Shown piece after piece: positions 40,337 through 51,865 of a stretch of 64,000 nucleotides of DNA. Under the pieces are notes generated by a model that saw only the letters and a program-made list of their open reading frames with translations, was not told where the DNA came from and searched no databases. The stretch lies in contig NW_026250407.1 of the NCBI RefSeq assembly GCF_024521635.1, positions 186,001 through 250,000 of the forward strand, in the 5' to 3' direction. Origin of the DNA: Tricharina praecox. Taxonomy: Eukaryota. Each line of letters opens with the position of its first letter. Position 1 is the stretch's first letter. The position numbers and the translations under genes are program-made.

Positions 40337-41529
40337 GTCGCTGCTGTCGTCGTCGCAGTCGTCGTCGCCGTCGGGTCGTTGCCGTCGGGTCGTGTCGCGG
40401 GCTGTCGGTGGTGGTGGTGCCGGCGACGGAGCGAGCGAGTGTGGGTGCGGAAAAGCCAACAACAGTAGTCCCGTACCGTGTCGTGGGGAGCTCGGCGTGT
40501 GAAGTTCGGCGTGTGAAGTGTGAGTAGTCGCAGAGGCTGATCCGCAAATTGCCACGAGCTCTTGTGCGAAAGCGGCGCGCGGCGGCAAGACCGAGTAGAG
40601 TAGGTACACCCTAGTGGCGTTCAGCCTCGTGCTTGTTCTTGATCTTGCTTTCGCAGAGAGCGTGGCTAGAGAGTGGACGTGGGAGTGGCTCGGCCGGCGC
40701 ACGACGATGCGGATGTGGATGTGTAGAGACCCGAAGGTAGGGGGACCTGATCGAGCGAGCAAGCGGGCGAGACGCGTGTGAGGACTGGAGGAAGACGTGT
40801 CGATGTGTCGTCCTCCGGGGGGAAGATGCGTTGGGAGTGTGGACGGACGTCGCTAACTAGCTGGAACGGGATGGGATGATCGGCATCAGGTCGCACAGGT
40901 TGCACACGCATGCGCTATAGAGTAGTTAGTAGGGGGACTATGATAGGGACTATGATGAGGACTCTACCAGTCGATGGATGGTATGGATGGTGAATTATTG
41001 CTGCAGCGGCGCCGGTGCTGGGACAACACATTCATTGATCGAACGCGCCGTAAGCGATTGCTTATCATATGATATGTACTTTACAGGCAGAGCTTTGAAC
41101 AGTTCCTCGACGCGACGTGGGCAGTGAGAAACCAGAATAGCCGGTAATCGGAGACTTACTCTAGATGTTTCTAATTGCGAGCCTCAGTGTCAATTAGATG
41201 CAGTTCGACGAGTGCTCCCCCATGACAAAACCCTTCAACCCGGGATCAATATTGCGGAGCATTTCGAAGCGCGGGGATAAAGTGTGCAGCTGCAAGGTTT
41301 GAACGGCTGATTATGTTGTTGGAAACCTCAACACCCACCCTCGGGGCTTCCTTCCACAACCAGTGTGTCGGACTCGCAGTTGGCCATCTGAGAAAATGCA
41401 ACTCTTTTTTTTTGTTCACTCGCAGTGTATTCGATCGTGTCCGATCATGAAAGTATTATTCTTCATCCTGCTTCCTCTAAATAAGCGCAATATGTCGCTA
41501 CTACCTATTAACCCAGCGCCCAGTAGGAC

Positions 41530-42020
41530 GCCGCCGGTTGACAATCTTCGGGACTATGTATTGTTCATTACCTGTCGAGAGGAATGTTCGAAACCGTCCT
41601 GCCGCGATCAAATGGTGGCTGGAACCGCGGCAGCAACGTCATTTACCTAACCTCAACCGAATGGCCATTGACAGTCTGTCTATTCTAGCTAGCCATGCCG
41701 GCTGAGGTTGAACGGCTGTTCTCCTCGGGCAAGATGATTCTGACTGATCATCGGCATTCACTAGGTATCATACCGAGAGTGTTGAAGCTCTGGAGAGTAT
41801 CCAAGCCAACGATATCGATCTCCGTGGTTGACTGGGTGCCATCTCGAGTCAATAATCGTGATTGACTCCGATTGACCCCGGGACACGTTTAGTCAATAAA
41901 CGTAATTGACCCTGGCGCGTCCCAAGTCAATAATCCTGATTGACTCACATTGACTCGGGTGCATGTTTACACGGTCAGTAACCATAATTGACTCTGCGCC
42001 GTCAAGAGGTTCAATCGCTG
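41530..42020 (+). mobile_element. Degenerate hAT DNA transposon 3' end: dimerisation-domain fragment plus subterminal repeat array
   Basis: 41604-41805 translates with frameshifts to AIKWWLEPRQQRHLPNLNRMAIDSLSIL/AMPAEVERLFSSGKMILTDHRHSLG/VEALESIQ, the hAT C-terminal dimerisation signature. It is followed by AGTCAAT/ATTGACT arrays and a possible terminus ...CAATCGCTG at 42020. Confidence 0.85.
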
Positions 42021-42589
42021 TGCTCCCATGGGTAGGTATGTAGCATTAGAGTAGTAATTCAAATCTAGTATCTACCTACTGAACCCATTTTCCACCCCCT
42101 AGGGTACAAGGAATGCGGCAAGCCGCTATTGAGTAAATGCGAGCCTGCTTGTAAACCGGCTCCTGACACAAAATGCGGCTCATTTGCTCTGGTATTTCAG
42201 GCTTCTGCTAGTAAATTGGCCTAAGCTGAGCCTATAGGCGTTTGGCAATAATTGCGGCCAGTTTACGATAGTCAAATTGGGCTCTTATACTTAATTTGGC
42301 TGCCAATGCTGAATATGTCAATTGGACAGAAGCCTGATTTGGCGTTTAGGTGTAAACTGGCGATTAGTAGTAAATGCAATGTCTCTCCACCACTCTCTTC
42401 GGGCATCCGTTGGTAAAACGATCCCTTACCGCTCATTAGGCTTCCGGCTCGAGTGATGAATAGGGTTCGATTTATAAATGGAGAATTTTCTCCTTATTCG
42501 GTCGACCCACCATGCGTATCCCCCGACATTCCCCCAGCCATGCCCACCAATGTTGATGCCCGCAGCCACTACTAACCACATGCGCTTCC

Positions 42590-43190
42590 TCCCGCCGACA
42601 GCTCTTCCATCACTTCCTCATCTCAAGAACAGCTCCTCCAAGTTCCCTTCCTCCTCTCGCCAACAACACCTCCTCTCCTCCTTCTCCCGAACATCTCCTC
42701 CTCCACTCCCTCCCCTCGCTGACAGCTATCCCATCACTTCCTCATCTCGTGAACAGCTACTCCTCTCCTTCTCGCGAACATCTCCTCCTTCACTTCCTCC
42801 TCACGCTGACGGCTCCTCCATCACTACGTCATCCTCTCACCGGCACGGTGGCACCCTCAGCTCCTCCATCACTTCCTCCTCCATCACTTCCTCCTTCATC
42901 ACTTCCTCCTCTTGCACTGCAGACAGCTCATTCCTAGCAGACAGCTCCTCCTCCTCCCGCCGACAGTTTCTCCTCCCGCCGCAACTACTCTCGCTCCTCC
43001 TCTTGCTAAAAGCTCCTCCTCTCCCAAAAATCTCCTCCTTCACTTCCTCCTCTCGATGGCAGCTCCTCCTCACCCTACCCCTCTCGCTAACAGCTCCTCC
43101 GTCACTTCTTCCTCACGCTTCTCCTCTTGCTAACAACTTCTCATCTTGCTGACGGCCCCACCTCTCGCCGAGCCCTCCTCCTCTGTCACT
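42590..43190. repeat. Degenerate CT-rich minisatellite of about 30 bp (CTCGCTGACAGCTCCTCCATCACTTCCTC-like)
   Basis: Recurring ACAGCTCCTCC and TCACTTCCTC submotifs inside the TIR element. Confidence 0.75.
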
Positions 43191-43370
43191 CCACCACACA
43201 GTATTTCCCTTCGCCGTCGTTCGCCCTCGCCTCTGGTCTTCCTGCAGCAGGTACGTATTGCGCTCCTAGACCTAGCTCGCTGCGAATACCCACTGTCCCG
43301 GTACTAACAGAATGTCTATTCAGCACGCCGGTCATGTTGAATATGTGCTAAGGTACCCGGGTGAAGGCTG

Positions 43371-43426
43371 GAGAGGCGGGGAGAGGCGGGGAGAGGCGGG
43401 GAGAGGCGGGGAAATGCGGGGAGAGG
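43371..43426. repeat. (GAGAGGCGGG)n 10-bp tandem repeat, about 5 copies
   Basis: Read directly from the sequence. Confidence 0.9.
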
Positions 43427-43979
43427 ATGGGAGGGGAGAATATATATGGGGTGAGCAGCAGTAGCTATCATACATAGAACCACAGCAATTTCAAGCAGCA
43501 GTTCGCGCTCGAGTAATTGTTGAGGTTAGCCATATTATCAACTATGCCCTTTTATAGCCGTATCAGTGACAGCGCCATTTTAGAGCCCTTGTATGTAGAG
43601 CCTTTTTAGACTATGGAGCCCTTAAGCCTATGGAGCCCTTTAATAGCCGGATTAGGGCCTTTTTAGGAGCCCTTTTAGAGCCGTTTGACTGTCATCCTCC
43701 GAGGCCGTATTAACTCGTGCCCATTTAGTTAATACGGCAGTGCCGCATTCCTTGTACCCTAGGGACCGCTGTTCCCGTGACCATGGGAGCCTAGATATCT
43801 CGCCCATTTTGGCTGGCAGTTTTCGCGGGAACAACTGCCAGGCATACCCATATACCTAAACCAACTGGGAACTGACATGACAGCCTCTGTTCCCAACTGA
43901 ACCGAGAACGAAATCAACCAAAACTGACCTGTTTAAAGTTTAAACCAAGTGTTCCCATGTCAACTGACTACCTAACTAT

Positions 43980-44690
43980 TGGATGGTCTGCCACCAGACA
44001 TCCGCCACCCCCATCGCTTGCCCTACCTATCTGAAGCGCGGGATCGATCTCGAAAGCCAAATGGAAGGAAGCCAAGGCATGGGCTGCAGACAGCAGAGTC
44101 ACTCACACTCACAAGAAGTATCCATCGGTACAGCCGGAAATCCGGCCAGAGACCTGCCGCAAATCCAGCTCGGCCCGCAAGCGCCCGGCTCGAGAATCGA
44201 GATTCTACCAACTCAAGCACCACAGGACACAGCCTCACCGTCCAGTACCTAGAGTACCTCCAGTGGACGAAAAGCCGCCCGGATGCCCAGACGCCCGCTG
44301 CGGATGGATGATGCCGCTACGTACAAGACACAGACTCGAGCACCAGCACCTCTTCAGAAAGTGTGGGCAGACGGATGCCAGAGGCCACGGAGGAAGATGC
44401 AGCGAGTGGGGTATCCGAGTGGGAGCTCAGGGAGCGGGAGGAAATGGAGGCGGACCTGAGGCGAGAGGAGGAGGGTGCTGAGGGAGCGGCGCCGACTAGT
44501 GACTTGCAGTGAGGCAGGGACGAGTCGAGGGAGTGGAAGTTGTCTTTTCCTAATGTCATTTCTTTGGTGCGCTCATACATTGTTGGGACAGGCCACGGCG
44601 GGGGCAGGGAAAGCCACATCGGGCCGCCTGATGAAAGTTGGGTTGGACAGTGGCGGAGAAACCGGGGGGGGGGGGGGGGGGTGAACGGGT
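43980..44690 (+). mobile_element. Degenerate 3' fragment of a LINE (Tad1-like non-LTR retrotransposon)
   Basis: Frameshifted translation from 44200 gives RFYQLK/TGHSLTVQYL..QWTKSRPDA/RCGW/CRY/QTR/EH..HLFRKC, resembling the ORF2 C-terminal CCHC region. An acidic tail (SEWELREREEME) follows. Boundaries are approximate. Confidence 0.75.
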
Positions 44691-45171
44691 AGACATTACC
44701 ATGATCTAGATAGGTCGCCTGCAATCAATGAATGAACAAAACAAAAATCTGGTAGGTGAAACGAGTTTCCAAAACGAGTGATACCTAATATTGACCGATC
44801 CCCAACCCCAATGCCCAACCCCGATCCCCAACCCCAATACCGAAACCCACCAGTGCAAACCCCATCCAACACCTCCTCCGTACATGCCCGTTCATCTTCA
44901 TTCCCCATAGTTACTTAAGTACTAGTAGTGGTGTGTCCGCTCCGATCCCGGAGTCCCCAATAATCAATAAACAATAAGCAACCTCACGCGCCAGAGCGAT
45001 AAAAAAAAATCAAAAACAACAATTACAGGAAAAACAACCGCGCCCCGAAAACCAAAAACAAAACCAAGACCAAAACCGAAAACCGAAAATCAAATGCTAG
45101 TGCTAGTGCGTATCATAATGATGGAAAGAGTGCGTGGGAAAGGAGAGTGAGAAATGACCGAGTGATGCAGC

Positions 45172-46836
45172 CTACAAAGCGTGAGGCATGATCATCTGCG
45201 GATAATGGATCACCATCTCGAGAGGAACATAGACATCGGGCCCTCTCGGCGGCCTGGACGGACTAGCCGTCTTCGGCCGCGGCGGGGTATTCGGTGGGGG
45301 CGGCGTAGTCGTCACCGGAAACCTGGGCTGTGGCTGCAATGTTGGCGGCGTCATGTGGGCAGTCATCGGCCGTTGCGGCGGCGTCAACTCGCGGGGAGCA
45401 GGCTGCTGAGACCAATGGCCCCGGAGTGGACTCAGTGGGGGTGGAGTACGAGGCGAGTGGTTAGGTGTCTCGAGTCTTTGCGGAAGTGACATGTCCTGCG
45501 GGTAGGTCGGCGACGGGCAATGGATCTCGAGTGAACCTTGCGGGGCATAGGAGGCGTAGATGTCGGCTGTGTCCGCATAGGAATCCCGTTGCTTGTTGAA
45601 ACGTGGTCCTCCTGGGGCTGGGAACTCGGCCTGCTGATTCCACATGCTGGGGGACTCCTCAATGTACTCCTCTTCCATATCCTCCTGAAAATCTTGGAGA
45701 TACTCTTGGAAGATATCCTGGTTGTACTCTTGAGGCGTGAGTGGCGTGCGTGGCGTGTGTGGGGGTGGGTTAAAAGGAGGGGTCTCAATCCGAGGAAGCG
45801 AAGACTCCTGTGGACAAAAGCCGTTGTCTCCATTGCCGGCAGTATGTCCACCATCCTCCAGTGGCCCTGCCGCCTCTTGGGGTGACATCTGAAGGCATCC
45901 AGGGCTCTCGGGAGAGTAGATATCATAAGACTGTGGTTCGAGAAACTTTGAAAAGGCCGGATGCAACTCGATTGGTGGGGCCAGTTGCATTTCATTCTCG
46001 GTCTCGCCACAACTCGCCGGCTTCAGACATGGCTTGCACACAGTGATGCCAGCCTCGACGGTCCCAGCTGGATTTTCAACCTGGACGGTCGGAGCATGAT
46101 CAGTCTCCTTGAGGCCCGCTGGTTTCAGGGACATGGCCAGTACATCGTCCGAGAGGGTTGCACGTGCTGTCGGCGGCGGTGATGGCAATTCGCGTAGAGA
46201 CAATGCCTTCTCGCCCGACCCAAGAATGACCGATCCATAAGGCTTCCGTTTCGGATCCTCATATGCGGCCAGCATCTGCCGACCTTGCTTTCGCTTCCGA
46301 TAGCAGAAGTAGGAGACAAGTGTGATTATTAAGAGCGAACCGGCGCTGGCCGCAATTGCTATTATGATGATGGGTGGTTTAGCGGACTTGTCTTGTCCCA
46401 GGGTCGCAGCGGCGGTGCTTGCGGTAGCAGTGGGATTGGCAGTCCCAGATGCGAGTGACGATGGGTAAGCACCGGATGATATGCTGGGTGAGGGTGATGA
46501 TGTGTTGATGCTCTTGGTATCGGCGACGGTATTGCTAGCGGTGAGGAGTCCCGTCGGCGACGCTTTATCGATGCATGAATTCCGTACAGTCCCGCATTGC
46601 TAATATCAAATTGTATGAGTGACCAACCCCAACACATGGACTGCATGGAGGCATACCAGCGATGCCGGGCAACAAAACTGCGGAGCGCCAGCAACGGTGC
46701 ATCTGAGCTCGGAAGCACTACAAACAACCACCTCTTGTCTTCGGCCTAAAACCGCGGCCGAAGTGCTCGCAAAGAACGACAGTGTCCACAGCAGGCCGAG
46801 GGTTGTATCCGCCGATCGATATCCGAATAGTCTCAT
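45172..46836 (-). CDS. Type I single-pass membrane protein: signal peptide, small Cys-rich domain, Ser/Thr stalk, TM helix, long Pro-rich cytoplasmic tail
   Basis: ATG at 46836 (MRLFGY...LLWTLSFFASTSAAVLGRRQ). A 57-nt intron at 46656-46600 (GTATGC...TAG) joins in frame to QCGTVRNSCIDK, the S/T-rich stalk, IIIIAIAASAGSLLIITLVSYFCYRKRK and ORF 45172-46275. Confidence 0.8.
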
Positions 46837-47506
46837 TGTGAATGACAGGACTGTCTCCGTTGGCGGGGACGATGAAAAGATTGTTGGATGAAAGAATGGA
46901 CGTCTGAAGAGACAAGGAAGATAATACTCTACTTCACTTCGGGAAGAGAAAGCTGAAGGAGAAGGAGAAGAAGGAGAAGAAGTAGAGGAAAGCAAACAAG
47001 CAAGAAAACAGCCCACCAGTGTAACAATGCCTTCTCAGCTCTCAAGCCGAACGGGAGGGTGGGCGGGACAATGGCATCATAAGTAGCCTACGCACCCGAG
47101 TACTCCACTCACTCACTCACTCACCTACACCACACACGCACGCACACATTGGGCGAGCCGCTCCGTCGAGACAGACAACCCGTGAACCAACAGCGTCGGT
47201 GTCATGCAATCGCTAACATATGCATCTCGGTAGTCCTAGCCTCGCTCGGCACCCCTCCCTCCCAGGCACCCTCTCTCCACACCCCTCCCTCTGCCCGGCA
47301 CCCTCGACTGTCCACTGCTTGTTGGCGGAGAAATAAAAGAAAACGTGCACAGCTGCCAGCGGAAATCCCATCAACACAAGCGCCACTACTGAAGCTGTGC
47401 ATGCCTAGCGCCGTTGTCCCGCAGGGGGGGGGATCGTCCGTCCGTCCTCACGGAGCAGGGAGGGAGAAATAATATGCAGAGTGCAGAGTGCAGACTCTGG
47501 GTGACG

Positions 47507-47627
47507 TGAGTGAGCGAGTGAGTGGGTGAGTGAGTGAGTGGGTGAGTGAGTGAGTGAGTGGGTGAGTGAGTGAGTGAGTGGGTGAGTGAGTGGGTGAGTG
47601 AGTGGGTGAGTGGGTGAGTGAGTGAGT
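47507..47627. repeat. (GAGT/GGGT)n tetranucleotide microsatellite, about 30 units
   Basis: Read directly from the sequence. Confidence 0.95.
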
Positions 47628-50600
47628 GCCAGTCCCCCTTTTACCAGTATGCAACCTCTCCGCAGGAAGGAATCCTCGTGGAACTTCGGGAGCGGGCAAG
47701 CACGATACTCTGCTCTAGAGTACTAGCACGGCGGCAGCGCTTTTGGTTATGCTATGAGCCACCTCGAGGCGCCCCCCTCCCCCGCCCCCGAACGGTCGCA
47801 ACGAACTCCTCCATATGCTCGACCGACTGGAGATGCATTCTAGGTACATCTGCCTAGGTAGAGTACTCTACATGCAGCCTGCAGGATCCGAGGCGGCAAC
47901 AGCGAGTATCGCCTCGATCGGATGCTATGCACGCGAAGACAGCGAACGATGCATAAGTCGGAGGTATCTAGAGCCCGTGTAACCAGGGCTTTCATGTTTA
48001 CACGGGTAGGGTAGCAGGCATACATATGAACAATCCTACCTGCCGCCGGAGGGCATTAGGCTAAGCATTCGATCGCGAAACTTCTGTTGACGTATGTAGA
48101 GTACAATAGTAGAGTATATGGCAGCCGCCGATTCTACATAATCCTGACGGTTCGAGGCTTTTCCGAGTGAACTTGAGACTTCTCGAGCTTCGTCGCGAAC
48201 GTGGGCCGTCCACGCTGTTTCCGAGGAGGATACTCTATCAGCCAACCACCCCTCCAGCCTCCAGAGTCCAGCTCGTACCGTACGCCAGCATCCAAAACCA
48301 CCCCTCGAGCTCGGCCATTAGTTACCGTGTGTATGATGGGTCGCACAGTGGCGAAGTGTTTCGACACTCGAGTCGAGTCCCACAGTCCCACAGTCCCACA
48401 GTCCCACAGTTACACAGTTACACAGTTACACGGCTGCCCCTCCCGAGGGAGGGAGGCTGTCGTGCGCCGCAAACGAGAACAGGCACGACAGGCACGGGTG
48501 CATTTCGCCGCAGGTACAAAGAGTAGGGGCGGTTCCTGTGTGGAGCTGTGCGCGCTGACTCTACTGACATCAGGTTTCGAGCATCAGTCCTCCTACTAAT
48601 ACTCCACCTATTCTACCTATTCTACACACATATGATATGTAGATATTCCAGATCTCTCAGCCCTACTCCAGAGTCCAGAGTCCAGTCTCCGACCGCTGTC
48701 TCGGAATCCCCCGAGTGATTGGCCATGCCATGTCATGTCAACTACTGACAAGGGGTTAGCTCAACCCGTCTCTTCCTGCCTCTGCCTCTGCCTCCCAACC
48801 GCATCTGGTCGGTCTCAGCTGACATACGTGCCCCCCTTTTTTCTTTAATCGTGGAGAAGAAGAATAAAAGTATCCAAGTGAAGTGAACGGGAGGCTGTGA
48901 AATACGAAACACGAACTTCGCCAGCCAGCCAGGAACAAAGGGCTGATACGTGGGCGGATTGATATCTGCTGCTGCTGCTGCTGCTGCTGTGGCTTTTTTC
49001 TCCTTCTTCACATACATATGACCGCGTCTGCAGTGAAGAAAAATAAAAAAGCAAACTCTGCACACCGACAGTATGGTATGTGCATACACACGGAGGCCAA
49101 ACACGCAGTCTGGTCGTAGTTATGTATGCACATACACTGATACGGTAGATATCGGGTTTTATGTACCTATGGAGGTTTTATGGAGGTTTTATCCTCCCCT
49201 CCCGTCATCCTCCCCTCCCGTCAGAGGCGATCGGCGGCCGGCCTCGGAAACTGTGGCCGAGTCTCGAGTCTTATGCATAAAATCCTTATCCGGCGGTGGA
49301 AGCCGACGTAGGTAGAGTACTTTACTGGTTGTATAGTCGAGAAGCCTCAGCATGTATGATATGTAGACGTCGTTTCGGATTCCACAGGGCGTGCGTCGAA
49401 AACTCTGCACTGCACGACCTCCTGGCCGCTGCAGCTCTATGTAGAGTACTCCGCTCCAGGCTTTGGGGCGGCGAGGCTTCGAGGCTTTTCTCCTGATCCC
49501 TGATTCCCGATCTTGATTCTGATTCCTGATCCGGAGCTGAGGGCGGAAAAAAAACTAAAAGAACTCAAAACTGTCAAACGTATTGATGTTGAGGTACTAA
49601 GCTTGAATAACTATAGGGATGTACTGTATATTAGAGTAGGTATTGAAAGTTCAAGTTTCTCCTGCGCCGTGGGGCGATTGAATTTGCTGCTCCTATATAC
49701 CGACCGACCGCATCTCGAACGAGTTCGGAGGCCACGCTTCGAGGTTCAGTCCGATGATTGATCCAGGGCATAACTACCGTACCGTACTGGGTGGTATTAT
49801 AGTAGGTAGATCCGTGCAGTTATTACCGACCGCACATAGATACCGGTAACCCGCGCTGAAACCGATGGTTAAGTCGTTACTCCTCTGGCCGCTCCGAGCT
49901 CCGAGGATTCTTCCCCAGCGATATACCGGTACCGGTAGTAGGTACATAACCGGCAGATGCAAAACAGCGAGTGGGCGAGTGCGCTGCCGTGATCTACGCC
50001 GGGAATACAACCAGCCAGCCAGCCTGGAGGATTGTATGTACTCTACATACCTACTCTATGTACGAGCTGAATGTCTTTTAGATATATGTAGTAGATATCT
50101 GCCCACCGGCAACTATTCCCATGTTGGGTATATGCGTCCGGATCCGTTGGTGGTGATTTAGGTACTCTATCTCCGGTGCTCGTGTGCCCGGGAAACAAAC
50201 ACCACAAGTAGTCGCAGTGGGTGGTCGCGGTGGGTGGTCTGTTCACCCACCACCCACTACCCACCCGTCGCCCGTGAATCCGTGATGTGAGAAACATATC
50301 TACTCAGTACTTACAGAAGTTATTATCCTTCTTGGCGATAGAAGCTACGATATCCGATGTTTGATCATCGCATACTCTACTCTTGGAGCGGAGTGGTCTG
50401 GCCTCAGTAGAGTGGTCTGGAAGCGCCGGATACAGCCAGCCTCCAGGGGAGCCCGGGGGTTCCGTTGGTTGGTTCTTTTCCCCAAGTTCCCAACTTGAAC
50501 TTGAACTGACTTGAACTGGACTGACTCGTCCTAAATTGAACCAAACAACGCAACCAAACAGCACAACCCAACAGTGCGCGCTGTTGATAACTTGATATGC

Positions 50601-51836
50601 ATTTCCGGTGTCTGTCTCTCTCTCAGTCTCTCTCTCTGTGTGTGTAAGGGAGGGAGTTTTTCGGCGAGGTGCTTTTGCACCATAGGTACTCTACAACCCA
50701 ACTTATGTCGATACTTCGAGCCTTTTGTGTGTCCATACGATAGATACTCGCAAATAACCCAAGTCGGTCCCTCACAAAGTGACTGCGCGCCGGTGAGCCT
50801 CGGCTTCAAGTGATATTTATCTCGAGGCCAGAGGTCGCAGTACCAGTGCTGTGTACCAAGTAGAAGAGTATGCATACATACCGGTACATGAAATGTAGGG
50901 AGAGGAGCGCAAGTATGCACCGTATGATTCCAGATATCTCCATATAAGCTGCACTGGTCGCAGTGGTCGGGAGCGACTCCCGGCGCAAAAACATGCGATG
51001 TATTGTACCTATTGTACATAGAGTATCGGGGGCTGATATGGTACGGTAATAAAGTTAAAGTTGTGCGGAGTACATACGGGGAGTGGAGTGGAGTGGAGGG
51101 TATGATAGTTAGTGGAGGGTCTGTAAATGGACGAGTGGTTCGTGTTTGTATTCGTTACGAAGCTGGAGTGGAGGTTCATGGGTATTTGTGTTTGCGTGTT
51201 TGTGTGTGTGTGGGGGGGGAATAATGGATTGACTGGTGGTGAGCGTCTTCGTTTGTTTACGTCCCCTGCCCAGCGCCCAGTAGGTGCCGGCAGTGTGGCC
51301 GGCCCTCACTCGTGTGCTATTCCGGGGGCCTGCCCTGTCTTTTCGCCTCCCCTCCAGAGTCCCCCCCCTTCTCCGCACCCTCCCTCCTTCCCCACGGTTT
51401 TCTACGGGAAAAATCGACTCCGAGATTCGTGTCCTGGTTGATGGGAGCGTGACTTTACTCTTGTCCCCCTTGCTTGCTTGCATACTCGGTTCGTGAAGAA
51501 TGCAGCCTGGTTGGATAGATACTAGGAATCTAGGTGGGATAGAGTGCTCGATATTAATTGCGCGGAAGCTGGAATTTTTTGGGCACTGGCATTGGGATTG
51601 GGCACTGGGCTGGGCTTTACCGGTAGCCATTCACGAGTGCAGTCAGCTTGACAGCTTCCTTCCGCTCTTGATCACGGTCACGGTTGGTAGGGGGTTTGGA
51701 GCAAGTAAGAAGAGATGAAGAGAAGAAGGAGAGTAGATATACGCGAGCGGAATGAGGGCAGAAGGTAGAACTGCAGCAGCAGCGGCGTCGGCGGCGTCGG
51801 CGGAGGTGTTGTTTCACTACAGAGAGCGGTGACCAT

Positions 51837-51865
51837 GAGGAGGAGGAGGAGGAGGAGGAGGAGGA
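51837..51865. repeat. (GAG)n microsatellite
   Basis: Read directly from the sequence. Confidence 0.9.

Larger units (their letters stand above)
42097..43764. mobile_element. Non-autonomous TIR DNA element, about 1.67 kb
   Basis: CCCTAGGGTACAAGGAATGCGGCA at 42097-42120 is the exact reverse complement of 43741-43764, with about 20 bp of imperfect inward extension. Both ends carry subterminal repeats; no transposase ORF. Confidence 0.85.

Noticed and set aside
41847..41993. CRISPR-like array of palindromic repeats with spacers
   Set aside because: Eukaryotic context with no cas genes. Spacers are irregular (23, 13 and 27 bp) and partly repeated, and the array abuts a hAT transposase fragment.
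42478..43152. 224-aa Ser/Pro/Leu-rich ORF inside the TIR element
   Set aside because: The open frame is explained by a stop-poor CT-rich minisatellite, and there are no transposase motifs.
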